Shown here one piece after another: positions 28,697 to 38,041 of a stretch of DNA of 64,000 nt; position 1 is the stretch's first letter, and every line of letters starts with the position of its first letter. Made by a program: the position numbers and the translations under genes. Source of the stretch: Nannocystis sp. Lineage in GTDB: Bacteria; Myxococcota_A; Polyangia; Nannocystales; Nannocystaceae. The notes beneath the pieces were generated by a model. The model was not told where the DNA came from and did not search any database. It saw only the letters and a program-made list of their open reading frames with translations. Location: the NCBI RefSeq assembly GCF_016714285.1, contig NZ_JADJNN010000008.1:4669-68668 (forward strand). Reading direction: 5' to 3'.

Positions 28697-29914
28697 ATGA
28701 TCGACCTACCCACCAACGCTCGCGCCGGCATGCTGAGCTCGTCGCCCACTCTGGCGATCTCCGCCCGTGCGGGCGAGCTGCGGGCGCAGGGCAAGGCGGT
28801 GCTCAACTTCAGCGCTGGCGAGCCCGACTTCCGCCCGCCGGCCGCGGTCACGGCGGCGCTCACCGAGTTCCTGGCCACGCGGCCGGTGCACTACACGCCG
28901 GTCGCGGGGATGCCCGAGCTGCGTGACGCGGCGGCGGCCGAGCTCGGTCGCTACCACGAGCGGCCGGTGCTGCGGAGCGAGCTGCTGGTGTCGTGCGGGG
29001 CGAAGCACAGCCTGGCCAACCTGTTCGCGGTGACGCTGGCGCCGGGCGACGAGGTCGTGATCCCGGCGCCGTATTGGGTCTCGTACGTGGACATGGTGAA
29101 GCTCGGGGACGGCGTGCCGGTGGTCGTGTCGACCCGGCGCGAGGACGGCTGGCGCCTGCAGCCGGACGATCTGGCGGCGGCCCTGACCCCGCGGACGCGC
29201 TTCGTCGTGATCGGCAACCCGACCAACCCGACGGGCGCCGGCTACAGCGCGGCCCAGCTGCGGGCGCTCGGCGAGGTGATGGCCCGGGTGGCGCCGCAGT
29301 GCTGGCTGCTGGTCGACGACATCTATCGTCGGCTGGTGTACGGCGACTTCGTGCACGCGAGCGCGTTCACGGCGCTGCGCGGGGTGACGGAGCAGATCGT
29401 GGTGATCGACGGGGTGTCCAAGAGCTTCGCGATGACGGGCTACCGCATCGGCTTCATGCTCGCGCCGGCGAAGGTGGTCGCGGCGGCGTCGCGGCTGCAG
29501 GGGCACGTCACCTCGGGCGCGGCGACAACCTCGCAGGTGGCGGCCCTCGCCGCGCTGCGCGACCCGAGCTGCGAGCCGGCGGTGCAGGCGATGCACGCCG
29601 CCTTCACGCGGCGCCGCGAGTTCATGCTCGCGGGGCTGCAGGCGCTGCCGGGGGTCGACACCTTCGCGCCGGACGGGGCCTTCTATTTGTTCGCGGACAT
29701 CTCGCGCCACCTCGGGCCGGGCACGCCCTTCGCGGACGATCTGGCGCTGGCGACCTGGTTGCTCGAGCAGAAGCTGGTGGCGACGGTGCCGGGCACGGCC
29801 TTCGGCACGCCCGGGTTCCTGCGCATCTCGTATGCGACCGACGACGAGAGTCTGCGGGCCGGGCTTGTGCGGATCGGCGAGGCGATCGGCGGGCTGGCGA
29901 CGGCGCGGGCCTGA
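28697..29914 (+). CDS. pyridoxal-phosphate-dependent aminotransferase, class I (aspartate aminotransferase-like)
   Basis: ATG 28697 (MIDLPTNARAGMLSSSPTL...); an alternative TTG at 28631 would overlap rsmD. Motifs NPTNPTG, SKSFAMTGYRIGF (Lys-PLP region) and GxAFG. Confidence 0.9.
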   Translation: MIDLPTNARAGMLSSSPTLAISARAGELRAQGKAVLNFSAGEPDFRPPAAVTAALTEFLATRPVHYTPVAGMPELRDAAAAELGRYHERPVLRSELLVSCGAKHSLANLFAVTLAPGDEVVIPAPYWVSYVDMVKLGDGVPVVVSTRREDGWRLQPDDLAAALTPRTRFVVIGNPTNPTGAGYSAAQLRALGEVMARVAPQCWLLVDDIYRRLVYGDFVHASAFTALRGVTEQIVVIDGVSKSFAMTGYRIGFMLAPAKVVAAASRLQGHVTSGAATTSQVAALAALRDPSCEPAVQAMHAAFTRRREFMLAGLQALPGVDTFAPDGAFYLFADISRHLGPGTPFADDLALATWLLEQKLVATVPGTAFGTPGFLRISYATDDESLRAGLVRIGEAIGGLATARA

Positions 29915-30006
29915 GGTCTCGTCGCGGCGCGGCGGAGCTCGTGCCGCTCGTCGGCGAGGCGATCGGCGGGCTGGCGACGGCGCGGGCCTGAGGTCTCGTC
30001 GCGGCG
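29874..30006. repeat. tandem duplication (~55 bp x2, 22-bp spacer) of the 3' end and stop of the aminotransferase gene
   Basis: GGCGAGGCGATCGGCGGGCTGGCGACGGCGCGGGCCTGAGGTCTCGTCGCGGCG occurs at 29874-29930 and 29953-30006. Confidence 0.85.
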
Positions 30007-30010
30007 AAGC

Positions 30011-31768
30011 TCAGACGCGGGCGTCGGTCTCGAACAGGCGCTCGAGCTCGTCGGCGGACTGCTTTGCGTGGGCGATCAGGGCCTGCTCGTTGTCGCGGAG
30101 GGTGAATTGCTCGGCGAGGACGCGCTCGTCCCAGCGGCGGAAGGCGAGGGTGAGCTCGTGGGCGTCGGCGCGGCCGAGCTCGGTGAGGGCCTGCTCGGCG
30201 AGCTCGAGGCTGGACACGAGTGTCTCGCGGATCACCGTGTCGGCGCCGGCGGCGACGAGCGCGTGGTTGTGCTGGCGGTTGCGGCTGCGGGCGAGGATCC
30301 GCAGCTGGGGGAAGTGCTGGCGCGCGTGCTGGACGATGTGGAGCGCGGCCTCGGTGTCGTCGACGGCGACGATCAGGAGGCGGGCCTTGTGGGCGCCGGC
30401 GGCGTGGAGCAGGTCGAGGCGGGCGGCGTCGCCGTAGAAGATCTTGCTGCCGTAGCGGCGCACGAAGTCGATCTGGGTCGGGCTGACCTCGAGCGCCGTG
30501 AAGCCGACGCGGGCCATGCGGAGCACGCGGGCGACGATCTGACCGAAGCGGCCGAAGCCGGCGATGATGACCCCGTGGGCCTCGTCGATGGTGTCGAAGG
30601 GGCGCGGATCTGCGGCTGTCTCTCGGGACAGACGGTCGCGCAGCAGGAAGAGCAGCGGGGTGGTGACCATCGACAGGGTGACGACCAGGATCAGCATGTC
30701 GGCGGTCGGGCGGTCGAACACGCCGGCCGCGATCGCGGCGCTGCAGACGACGAAGGCGAACTCACCGCCCTGGGACAGGGCGATAGCGAGGTCGAGGGCG
30801 CCGTGGCGCGGCAGCTTGAAGACCAGGCGGCCGAGCACGAGCACGGCGAGCAGCTTGACGGCGACCAGCGCGAGGACCAGGCCGGCGAGGGTGAGCGGCT
30901 GCTCGGCGAGCAGGCCGAGGCGGGCCGACATGCCGACGGCGACGAAGAAGAGGCCGAGCAGGAGGCCCTTGAAGGGGTCGATGTCGGCCTCTAGCTGGTG
31001 GCGGTAGGGCGAGTCGGCGAGCAGCACGCCGGCCAGGAAGGCGCCGAGGGCCATCGACAGGCCGACCTGTTCGACGAGGATGGCGGTGGCGAGGACGATG
31101 AGGAGGGCGAGCGCGGCGGAGAGCTCGCGGATGCGGGTGCCGGCGACGACGCGGAACAGCGGGCCGAGCAGGTAGCGGCCGGCGAACACGAGGCTGACGA
31201 TGACGCCGAGGGCGAGGCCGACCTGGGCGAGGCCGCTGCGGCCGGCGGCCTCGGCGGCGCGGGCCGTGCCGAGCAGGGGGAGGACGGCGAGGAGCGGGCT
31301 GGCGGCGACGTCCTGGAACAGGAGGATGCCGAACGCGGCGTGGCCGTGGGGCGTGGAGAGGCTGTGGCGGTCGGCGAGGATCTGCAGGACGATCGCGGTG
31401 GACGAGAGGGCGAGGGCGAGGCCGGTGACGATCGCGGCGCTCGGGGGCAGGCCGAGCAGCCAGACGATCGGCGCGAGCAGGACGGCGCTGACGGCCACCT
31501 GCAGGCCGCCGTACTCGAACACCTGGGCGCGCAGCTGCCACAGGCGGGCGGGCTGCAGCTCGAGGCCGACGAGGAACATGAGCAGGACGACGCCGAGCTC
31601 GGCGAAGTGGAGGGTGGAGTCGACCTCGTGGATGAAGCCGAAGCCGGAGGGGCCGATCGCCACGCCCGCGGCGAGGTAGCCGAGCACGGCGCCGAGGCCG
31701 AGGCGCTTGAACACCGGGACCGCGACGACGGCAGCGGCGAGGAAGATCGTGGCCTGGGCGAGCTGCAT
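30011..31768 (-). CDS. CPA2-family K+/H+ antiporter (KefB/KefC-like) with C-terminal RCK/TrkA-N domain
   Basis: ATG 31768 (MQLAQATIFLAAAVVAVPVFKRLGLGAVLGYLAAGV...). 12-13 TM helices, then a Rossmann RCK domain (GVIIAGFGRFGQIVARVL). The upstream extension in the ORF track lies in a tandem duplication. Confidence 0.9.
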   Translation of the reverse strand: MQLAQATIFLAAAVVAVPVFKRLGLGAVLGYLAAGVAIGPSGFGFIHEVDSTLHFAELGVVLLMFLVGLELQPARLWQLRAQVFEYGGLQVAVSAVLLAPIVWLLGLPPSAAIVTGLALALSSTAIVLQILADRHSLSTPHGHAAFGILLFQDVAASPLLAVLPLLGTARAAEAAGRSGLAQVGLALGVIVSLVFAGRYLLGPLFRVVAGTRIRELSAALALLIVLATAILVEQVGLSMALGAFLAGVLLADSPYRHQLEADIDPFKGLLLGLFFVAVGMSARLGLLAEQPLTLAGLVLALVAVKLLAVLVLGRLVFKLPRHGALDLAIALSQGGEFAFVVCSAAIAAGVFDRPTADMLILVVTLSMVTTPLLFLLRDRLSRETAADPRPFDTIDEAHGVIIAGFGRFGQIVARVLRMARVGFTALEVSPTQIDFVRRYGSKIFYGDAARLDLLHAAGAHKARLLIVAVDDTEAALHIVQHARQHFPQLRILARSRNRQHNHALVAAGADTVIRETLVSSLELAEQALTELGRADAHELTLAFRRWDERVLAEQFTLRDNEQALIAHAKQSADELERLFETDARV

Positions 31769-31870
31769 CCCGGCGGTGATGGTTACGCGAGCTCGCGGGC
31801 GGCGGCGAGGAAGATCGTGGCCTGGGCGAGCTGCATCCCGGCGGTGGTGATTACGCGAGCTCGGGGCGGG
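31737..31870. repeat. tandem duplication (~65 bp x2) of the ribosome-binding site, start codon and first ~10 codons of the kefB-like gene
   Basis: GAGGAAGATCGTGGCCTGGGCGAGCTGCATCCCGGCGGTG(A/G)TG(G/A)TTACGCGAGCTCG at ~31737-31800 and ~31808-31870. Confidence 0.85.
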
Positions 31871-32954
31871 CGCCGAGGACGGGGAGGCGGCGGACCGGCG
31901 CACGGGGGGAAGCGGCCGCTGCGGCGAGCTCGGGGCGCGGGGCGCCGCAGACGGAGCCCTCGAGGCCGAGCTGGGCGAGCATGTCGAGGTCGTCCTGGAC
32001 CGAGCGGTTGGGGGTGGTGAGGAAGTCGCCGATCATCATGCCGGAGGCGCCGGCGCTGAAGATGAGCGGCTGGAGCTGACCGAGGTGCTGGCGACCGGCG
32101 GCGATGAAGATGTTCTGGCGCGGGAGGGCGAGGCGGAAGCAGGCGATGATGCGCAGCATCTCGAGCGGCTGCAGCGGCTCGGAGCGGGCCAGGCGGGTGC
32201 CGTCGACGCTGACGAGGAAGTTGATCGGGACCTCGTCGACGTCGAGGGCGCGCAGGTCCATGGCCAGCTCGGCGCGGTGCTCGGGGCGCTCGCCCATGCC
32301 CATGATGCCGCCGACGCAGGTGCGCAGGCCGAGCTCCCTGGCGTGGCGGATGGTGGCGATGCGGTCGTCGTAGCTGTGGGTGGTGACGACCTCGCCGAAG
32401 TAGCCGCGGCCGGTCTCGAGGTTGTGGTTGAACTCGGTCATGCCGGCGTCCTTGAGCCGCTGCAGGCCGGCCTTGCTGACGAAGCCGAGCGAGGCGTGGG
32501 CCTCGGTGAAGCCGGCCTCACGCACGGCGCGGATGCCCTCGACCATGTGCTCGAGCGCGCGGGAGCCGTCTTCGTAGCCGCGGGTGGCGGTGACCAGGCC
32601 GAGCGCGCTGGCCCCCTGGGCCTGGGCGCGCAGGCTGGCGCTGACCATCTGATCGTGCGTGAGGAATTTTTCGGCGCTGACGCCAGTGTCGAAGTGCTTC
32701 GATTGGGCACAGAAGCCGCAGTCCTCGGGGCAGCCGCCCTGCTTGGCGTTGACGATCGAGCAGAGGTGGACGTGGTTGCCGAAGCGCCCGCGGCGGACGC
32801 GGTCGGCGGCGGCGATGAGCTCCCAGGTGTCGTGCTCACCGGCGAGGTAGCGGGTCAGGCTGGCAGCGTCGAGCGCGTCGAGCTCGCCAGCGAGGACGCG
32901 ATCGGCGATCGCGTGCGGGGCGGGGAGATCGAGGGGCCGCGCTTCATGCTGCAT
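31851..32954 (-). CDS. bioB: biotin synthase (radical SAM)
   Basis: CPEDCGFCAQ (CxxxCxxC) radical-SAM motif and YNHNLET motif. The 3' end runs into the duplicated kefB start region, so the last ~30 codons are uncertain. Confidence 0.9.
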   Translation of the reverse strand: MQHEARPLDLPAPHAIADRVLAGELDALDAASLTRYLAGEHDTWELIAAADRVRRGRFGNHVHLCSIVNAKQGGCPEDCGFCAQSKHFDTGVSAEKFLTHDQMVSASLRAQAQGASALGLVTATRGYEDGSRALEHMVEGIRAVREAGFTEAHASLGFVSKAGLQRLKDAGMTEFNHNLETGRGYFGEVVTTHSYDDRIATIRHARELGLRTCVGGIMGMGERPEHRAELAMDLRALDVDEVPINFLVSVDGTRLARSEPLQPLEMLRIIACFRLALPRQNIFIAAGRQHLGQLQPLIFSAGASGMMIGDFLTTPNRSVQDDLDMLAQLGLEGSVCGAPRPELAAAAASPRAPVRRLPVLGARPELA

Positions 32955-33047
32955 GGCCGCGAGATATACCGCAGGCGACCGGCGTGGCCGAGTGCGCAGC
33001 GCTCAGGCTGCGACGGCGGCGTGCATGGCCCTGCGCGGGTGGTCGGA

Positions 33048-33173
33048 GGGAGCTCGTGCGGCCGGCGGGAGGCGATCGCGGTGGTCTGCGGGCTCGTGCG
33101 GCCGAGGGGAGGCGAGCGCGGTGGCAGGAGGGGGCCTCGCGCGGCCGGGGAGGCTATCGCGGCGGGGGAGCTG
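33048..33173. repeat. three tandem ~42-bp repeats (CTCG(Y)GCGGCCG(R)NGGGAGGC(K)A(K)CGCGG...) in the bioB / pdhA divergent promoter region
   Basis: Read directly at 33048-33089, 33090-33130, 33131-33173. Confidence 0.75.
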
Positions 33174-33210
33174 TGTTACCCTCCCGGCGCCCTGCGAGGG
33201 GGAGATCGTG

Positions 33211-34257
33211 ATGACCGCATCCACTGCTACATCCGAGGCCGCGGCGACGACGACGGCGGAGCACGCCGCCGCCGAGATCGCCGCCCAGTTCAAGGGCCAG
33301 AGCAAGGACGACACGCTGCGCGACTATCTGGCGATGCTGCGGATCCGTCGCTTCGAGGAGTCTGCCGCGCGCGCGTACACGCGCGGGAAGATCAGCGGCT
33401 TCCTCCACCTCTACATCGGCCAGGAGGCGATCGCGGTGGCGACCAAGCAGGCGATCGCGGCCCACGACCGGGTCGTCTCGGCGTACCGCACCCACGGCTT
33501 CGCCCTCGCGCTCGGCAGCGACATCAAGGCCTGCGCGGCGGAGCTGTTCGGCAAGGCGGCGGGGCTGGTCGGCGGGATGGGCGGGTCGATGCACTTCTTC
33601 GACAAGGCGCACCAGCTGTGGGGCGGCTACGCGATCGTGGGCAACCACATCCCGGTCGCGACGGGGCACGCCTTCGCCAGCAAGTACACCGGCGACGGCG
33701 CGGTGACCCTGGTGTTCATGGGCGACGGGGCGGTCGGCATCGGCCCGGTGCACGAGGGCATGACCCTGGCGGGGGTGTGGAAGCTGCCGATCGTGTTCGT
33801 CGTCGAGAACAACCAGTACTCGATGGGCACGCCGCTCAAGCGCAGCGTGCCGGTCGAGGACATCACGGCGCGGGCGGCCGGCTACGGGTTTCACAGCGAC
33901 CGCTTTCACGTGACCTCGGTGCACGAGACGCGGGCCCGCATCGCCGCGGCGGTGGACCGGGCGCGGGCCGACAACCAGCCGAGCCTGCTCGAGCTCATCA
34001 CGTACCGCTTCCGCGGGCACAGCATGAGCGACCCGGCGAAGTACCGGCAGAAGGAGGAGGTCGACACCTGGCGGCTGCAGGACCCGCTCGAGCGCACGCT
34101 GCTGGCGCTGCAGCAGCTGCACGGCCTCGACGAGGCGACGCTCGAGCAGCACGACGCGAAGATCATCGCCGAGGTCGACGCGGCCTACGAGTTCGCCGAG
34201 GCGACGCCGCAGCCGCCGCCCGAGGCGCGCTTCGAGAACATCCTGGTGGGGGAGTAA
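33211..34257 (+). CDS. pdhA: pyruvate dehydrogenase E1 component alpha subunit
   Basis: ATG 33211 with GAGGGGGAG ribosome-binding site. ThDP-binding motif (GDGA...NN) and the phosphorylation-loop region YRFRGHSMSDP. Confidence 0.9.
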   Translation: MTASTATSEAAATTTAEHAAAEIAAQFKGQSKDDTLRDYLAMLRIRRFEESAARAYTRGKISGFLHLYIGQEAIAVATKQAIAAHDRVVSAYRTHGFALALGSDIKACAAELFGKAAGLVGGMGGSMHFFDKAHQLWGGYAIVGNHIPVATGHAFASKYTGDGAVTLVFMGDGAVGIGPVHEGMTLAGVWKLPIVFVVENNQYSMGTPLKRSVPVEDITARAAGYGFHSDRFHVTSVHETRARIAAAVDRARADNQPSLLELITYRFRGHSMSDPAKYRQKEEVDTWRLQDPLERTLLALQQLHGLDEATLEQHDAKIIAEVDAAYEFAEATPQPPPEARFENILVGE

Positions 34258-34260
34258 GCC

Positions 34261-35241
34261 ATGGCCATCTTGCAGATCCGTCAAGCCATCCGCGACGCGA
34301 TGAAGGAGGAGATGCTCCGCGACGAGCGGGTGTTCCTCATGGGCGAGGAGGTCGGCCACTACAACGGGGCGTACAAGGCCAGCGAGGGGCTGCTCGAGCA
34401 GTTCGGGGCGCGGCGCGTGATCGACACGCCGATCGTCGAGACCGGCTTCGCCGGGGTCGGGATCGGGGCGGCGATGTGCGGGCTGCGGCCGATCATCGAG
34501 TTCATGACCTTCAACTTCTCGGCCGTGGCCTTCGACCAGATCTTGAACAACGCGGCCAAGATCCGGCACATGACGCACGGGCAGTTCGGGGTGCCGATCG
34601 TGTTCCGCGGGCCGAACGCAGCGGCGCACATGCTGGGTTCGACGCACAGCCAGGCATTCGAGCCGTTCTACGCGCACATCCCCGGGCTCAAGGTGGTCGC
34701 GGTGGCGACCCCCTACGACGCCAAGGGGCTGCTCAAGTCGGCGATCCGCGACGACAACCCGGTGGTCTTCCTCGAGGCCGAGCTGATGTACTCGGTGAAG
34801 GGCGAGGTGCCCGACGAGGAGTACACGATCCCGATCGGCAAGGCCGACATCAAGCGCGAGGGCAAGCACGTCACGCTGATCACCTGGGGGCAGGCGGTGC
34901 CGATCTCGCTGAAGACGGCCGAGCTGGCGGCGAAGGAGGGCATCGAGGTCGAGGTGATCGACCTGCGGACGCTGCGGCCGCTCGACACCGACGCGATCCT
35001 CGCCAGCGTGATGAAGACCAACCGCGCGGTGGTGCTGTTCCACGGCTGGCCCTACGGCGGGGTCGGCTGCGAGGTCATCGCCCGCATTCAGGAGCTGGCC
35101 TTCGACCACCTCGACGCGCCCGTGCTGCGCGAGTGCTACGAGGACGTGCCCTTCCCGTACGCCGAGAACCTCGAGCACCTGTGCCTGCCGACCCCCGAGA
35201 AGGGGCTCGCGGCGGTCAAAAAGGTGCTCTACAAGCGATAA
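34261..35241 (+). CDS. pdhB: pyruvate dehydrogenase E1 component beta subunit
   Basis: 326 aa. Transketolase-like pyrimidine-binding and C-terminal domains (MGEEVGHYNGAYK, FHGWPYGGVG). Confidence 0.9.
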   Translation: MAILQIRQAIRDAMKEEMLRDERVFLMGEEVGHYNGAYKASEGLLEQFGARRVIDTPIVETGFAGVGIGAAMCGLRPIIEFMTFNFSAVAFDQILNNAAKIRHMTHGQFGVPIVFRGPNAAAHMLGSTHSQAFEPFYAHIPGLKVVAVATPYDAKGLLKSAIRDDNPVVFLEAELMYSVKGEVPDEEYTIPIGKADIKREGKHVTLITWGQAVPISLKTAELAAKEGIEVEVIDLRTLRPLDTDAILASVMKTNRAVVLFHGWPYGGVGCEVIARIQELAFDHLDAPVLRECYEDVPFPYAENLEHLCLPTPEKGLAAVKKVLYKR

Positions 35242-35295
35242 CGGGCGATAACGGGCGATAACGGGCGATAGAAGCGACAGAAGGAAACAGACGCC

Positions 35296-36716
35296 ATGGC
35301 AACCGTGGTCCAGCTCCCGCGACTCAGCGACACGATGGAAGAGGGCGTGATCGCCAAGTGGCGGATCAAGGTCGGCGACAAGGTCAAGCGCGGCCAGGTC
35401 ATCGCCGAGATCGAGACCGACAAGGCGACGATGGAGTTCGAGTCATTCGACTCGGGCGTCGTGCTCAAGCTGATAGCGACGGAGGGCGAGACGCTGCCGC
35501 TCGGGGCGCCGATCGCCGTGCTCGGGCAGGCGGGCGAGAGCCCGGACGGGGCGAGCGCGGGTGCCGGCGCGAGTGTTGGCGCGAGCGAGCCGGCAGCGGC
35601 GACGCCGGCGGCTGAGGCGAGCAAGCCGGCAGCGGCGGCTGAGGCGAGCAAGCCGGCAGCGGCGGTGGCCGAGGCGGCGGCGAGCAGTCCCGAAGGCCAG
35701 GTAGCGAAGGACATGTCCAAAAAGCCAGCCGGGGACGGCGCGCGGGTGCCGGCGTCGCCGCTGGCGCGGCGTCTGGCGCGGGAGCACGACCTCGAGCTCG
35801 GCGAGATCAGCGGCAGCGGCCCGCACGGGCGGGTCGTGAAGGCGGACGTCGACCAGGCGATCGCGGCGGCTGGCAAGCCGCCAGCGACCGCTGCGGCTGC
35901 GGGGACGAGCGCTGCTGCGGCGCCGGTTGCTGCGGGGACGCGCTCGGGGGGAGCGACGGCCGCGGCCGCCGTGAAGTCCGTGGGTGCGGCGACGGCCGAG
36001 GTCGACGCCGACGGGCGGCCCTACGTGTCGCGCCCGGCGCGGACGATCAAGCTGAGCCAGATGCGCAAGACGATCGTCAAGCGCATGGGCCAGAGCAAGC
36101 GCGAGGCGCCGCACATCTACCTCACGACGGCGATCCGCATGGACCGGGCGCTGGCGGTGCGGGCCGAGATCAACGCGGCGGTCGACGGGACCAAGGTCAG
36201 CGTCAACGACCTCATCGTGCTGGCCTGCGCCAAGGCGCTGCGCAAGCACCCGAAGGTGAACGCCAACTACACCGAGGCCGGCATCGTCGAGCACGGCGAC
36301 ATCCACGTCGGCGTGGCGGTCGCGCTGGACGACGGGCTGGTGGTGCCGGTGGTCCGCTTCGCCGAGCAGAAGTCGATCACGGCGATCTCGCGCGAGACGC
36401 GGGACCTCGGCCTGCGGCCAAGGCCAAGGAGCTGCGCCCGGAGGAGATGGCGGGGAGCACCTTCACGATCAGCAACCTCGGGATGCTCGGCGTGGAGAGC
36501 TTCATGGCGGTGATCAACCCGGGCGAGGGGGCGATCCTCGCGGTCGGGGCGACGGCCGACGAGGCGGTGGTCGAGGACGGGGCCGTGGTGATCCGCAAGG
36601 TCATGCGCGTGACGATGTGCTCCGACCACCGGGCCTTCGACGGGGCCGACAGCGCCCGCTTCCTGCAGACGCTGAAGGCGCTGCTCGAGGCGCCGCTGGC
36701 GATGTTCAGCTGAGCG
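35296..36716 (+). CDS. dihydrolipoamide acetyltransferase E2 of pyruvate dehydrogenase; frame broken by an apparent 1-nt deletion near 36417 (probable sequencing error in a G run)
   Basis: Lipoyl domain (EIETDKATME), Ala/Pro-rich linkers and E3-binding domain in frame 1 up to ...SRETRDLGLR. The catalytic-domain continuation (AKAKELRPEEMAGSTFTISNLGMLGVESF...DHRAFDGAD) is in frame 0 to stop 36716. The ORF track shows 35296..36513 and 36447..36713. Confidence 0.85.
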
Positions 36717-37389
36717 AGCGGCCGCTGACCGCGGTGACGAGGGCGGCGAGGCTGGTGCTCGCGTCGCCCTCGACGCGCTGGATCGCGAGCTCGATCAGGT
36801 CGATCGGGGTGGGGTCGTCGGCGGCGAGGAACGCGAGGGACAGGGCGGCGTGCTCGTCGTCGAGGATCCAGCGGCCGCCGTGGCGGGCTCGCAGGAGCTC
36901 GCCGGCGAAGGCTGCGAGCTCGACGACGGCGCGCCAGTGGCGGAGCTCGTCGGCGTCGCGGAGGACGATCGGGGTGGCCTGCTCGAGCTGCGCGAGGCCG
37001 GCGAGGTCGCGGCCGAGCCCGCGATCGCGCGCGATGCGGGTGGCGAGGCCGGCGAGGGCGAGGCGGACGATCGCGGTGAGGTCGGGCGGGACGCCAGCGA
37101 AGGGGTGATGGACGTCGGTCCACAGCTCGGCGCCGGCGGCCGCGATCGCGGCGCGCAGGAAGGCGGGCGGCAGATGCTGGCACCTGTACTCGAGGACAGG
37201 TGGCGGAGCATCGATCGGGAAGTCGCGCCGCGGCGAGCGCAGGCGCAGGGCGGCGTAGATCAGGGAGAGCTCGGGCTCGGCCTCGATGTGGGCGGGGCGG
37301 CGGTGGTCGGTCTGCAGCCAGCGAGTGCGGCCCGCAGGGTCGGTGTAGACGAGGTCGACGCAGTCGAGCGAGCTGAACAAGGCGGGCAC
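36706..37389 (-). CDS. hypothetical protein
   Basis: GTG 37389 (VPALFSSLDCVDLVYTDPAGRTRWLQTDH...). 227 aa with balanced globular composition and good GC3. The upstream part of the 352-aa track ORF is Arg/Pro-rich and was rejected. Converges on the E2 gene with an 11-bp overlap. Confidence 0.5.
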   Translation of the reverse strand: MPALFSSLDCVDLVYTDPAGRTRWLQTDHRRPAHIEAEPELSLIYAALRLRSPRRDFPIDAPPPVLEYRCQHLPPAFLRAAIAAAGAELWTDVHHPFAGVPPDLTAIVRLALAGLATRIARDRGLGRDLAGLAQLEQATPIVLRDADELRHWRAVVELAAFAGELLRARHGGRWILDDEHAALSLAFLAADDPTPIDLIELAIQRVEGDASTSLAALVTAVSGRSLS

Positions 37390-37481
37390 GCTAGCATGCG
37401 GCGGCGGGGGGGCCGGTGGGCGCGGGCTTGCTCGCGGCGGTGGGGTGTCGGGGTAGCGCGGGTCCGTGGTAGGGTGGCGAC

Positions 37482-37955
37482 GTGCGGGGACTGCCTCGAA
37501 TTCTCCTCGTGGCTGCGGTGGTCGTGGCGCCGCTGGCGTGCGCGAGCGGGCCGCGGCGGACCAACGGCGAGCTGCGGATGCCGGTGGCATCGAGTTCGTC
37601 GGGGGCGTCGGGGTCATCGGGGCGGACGACGCGGCAGCAGGTGCTGGACCGCGACCGGGCGTTGATCGCCGGGCTGGCGACCAGCCTCGCGTTCGGGATC
37701 GTCGGGCTCGGGATGCTGCTGGCCAACGCCAACCTGGCGCGACCGGCCGACACGGCGCCGCCACCCGGGATGCCGGCCGTGTTCGCGGTGTCGGGCGGGG
37801 TGATGAGCGCGGGCTTCCTGGCGGCGATCCCGTTCGGTGTGGCGGTCGAGCGCCACCGCAATCGCCATCCGGAGTACTTCAGGCCGCGTGCGCCGCGGCC
37901 GAGCGCGTCGCTGCGGCCAGGGGTTCGTCTCGCGCCGACGCCCGCGCAGCCGTGA
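37482..37955 (+). CDS. hypothetical lipoprotein / membrane protein
   Basis: GTG 37482. MRGLPRILLVAAVVVAPLACASG (lipobox LAC). Two predicted TM segments. Confidence 0.5.
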   Translation: MRGLPRILLVAAVVVAPLACASGPRRTNGELRMPVASSSSGASGSSGRTTRQQVLDRDRALIAGLATSLAFGIVGLGMLLANANLARPADTAPPPGMPAVFAVSGGVMSAGFLAAIPFGVAVERHRNRHPEYFRPRAPRPSASLRPGVRLAPTPAQP

Positions 37956-38041
37956 CGGCGGGCCGTCACCGGGCACGATCGCTGATCGCCGACGCTGCCC
38001 CGAAGATCGGTGCTCGCGGATCGCCGAGCGGTGATCGGCGA

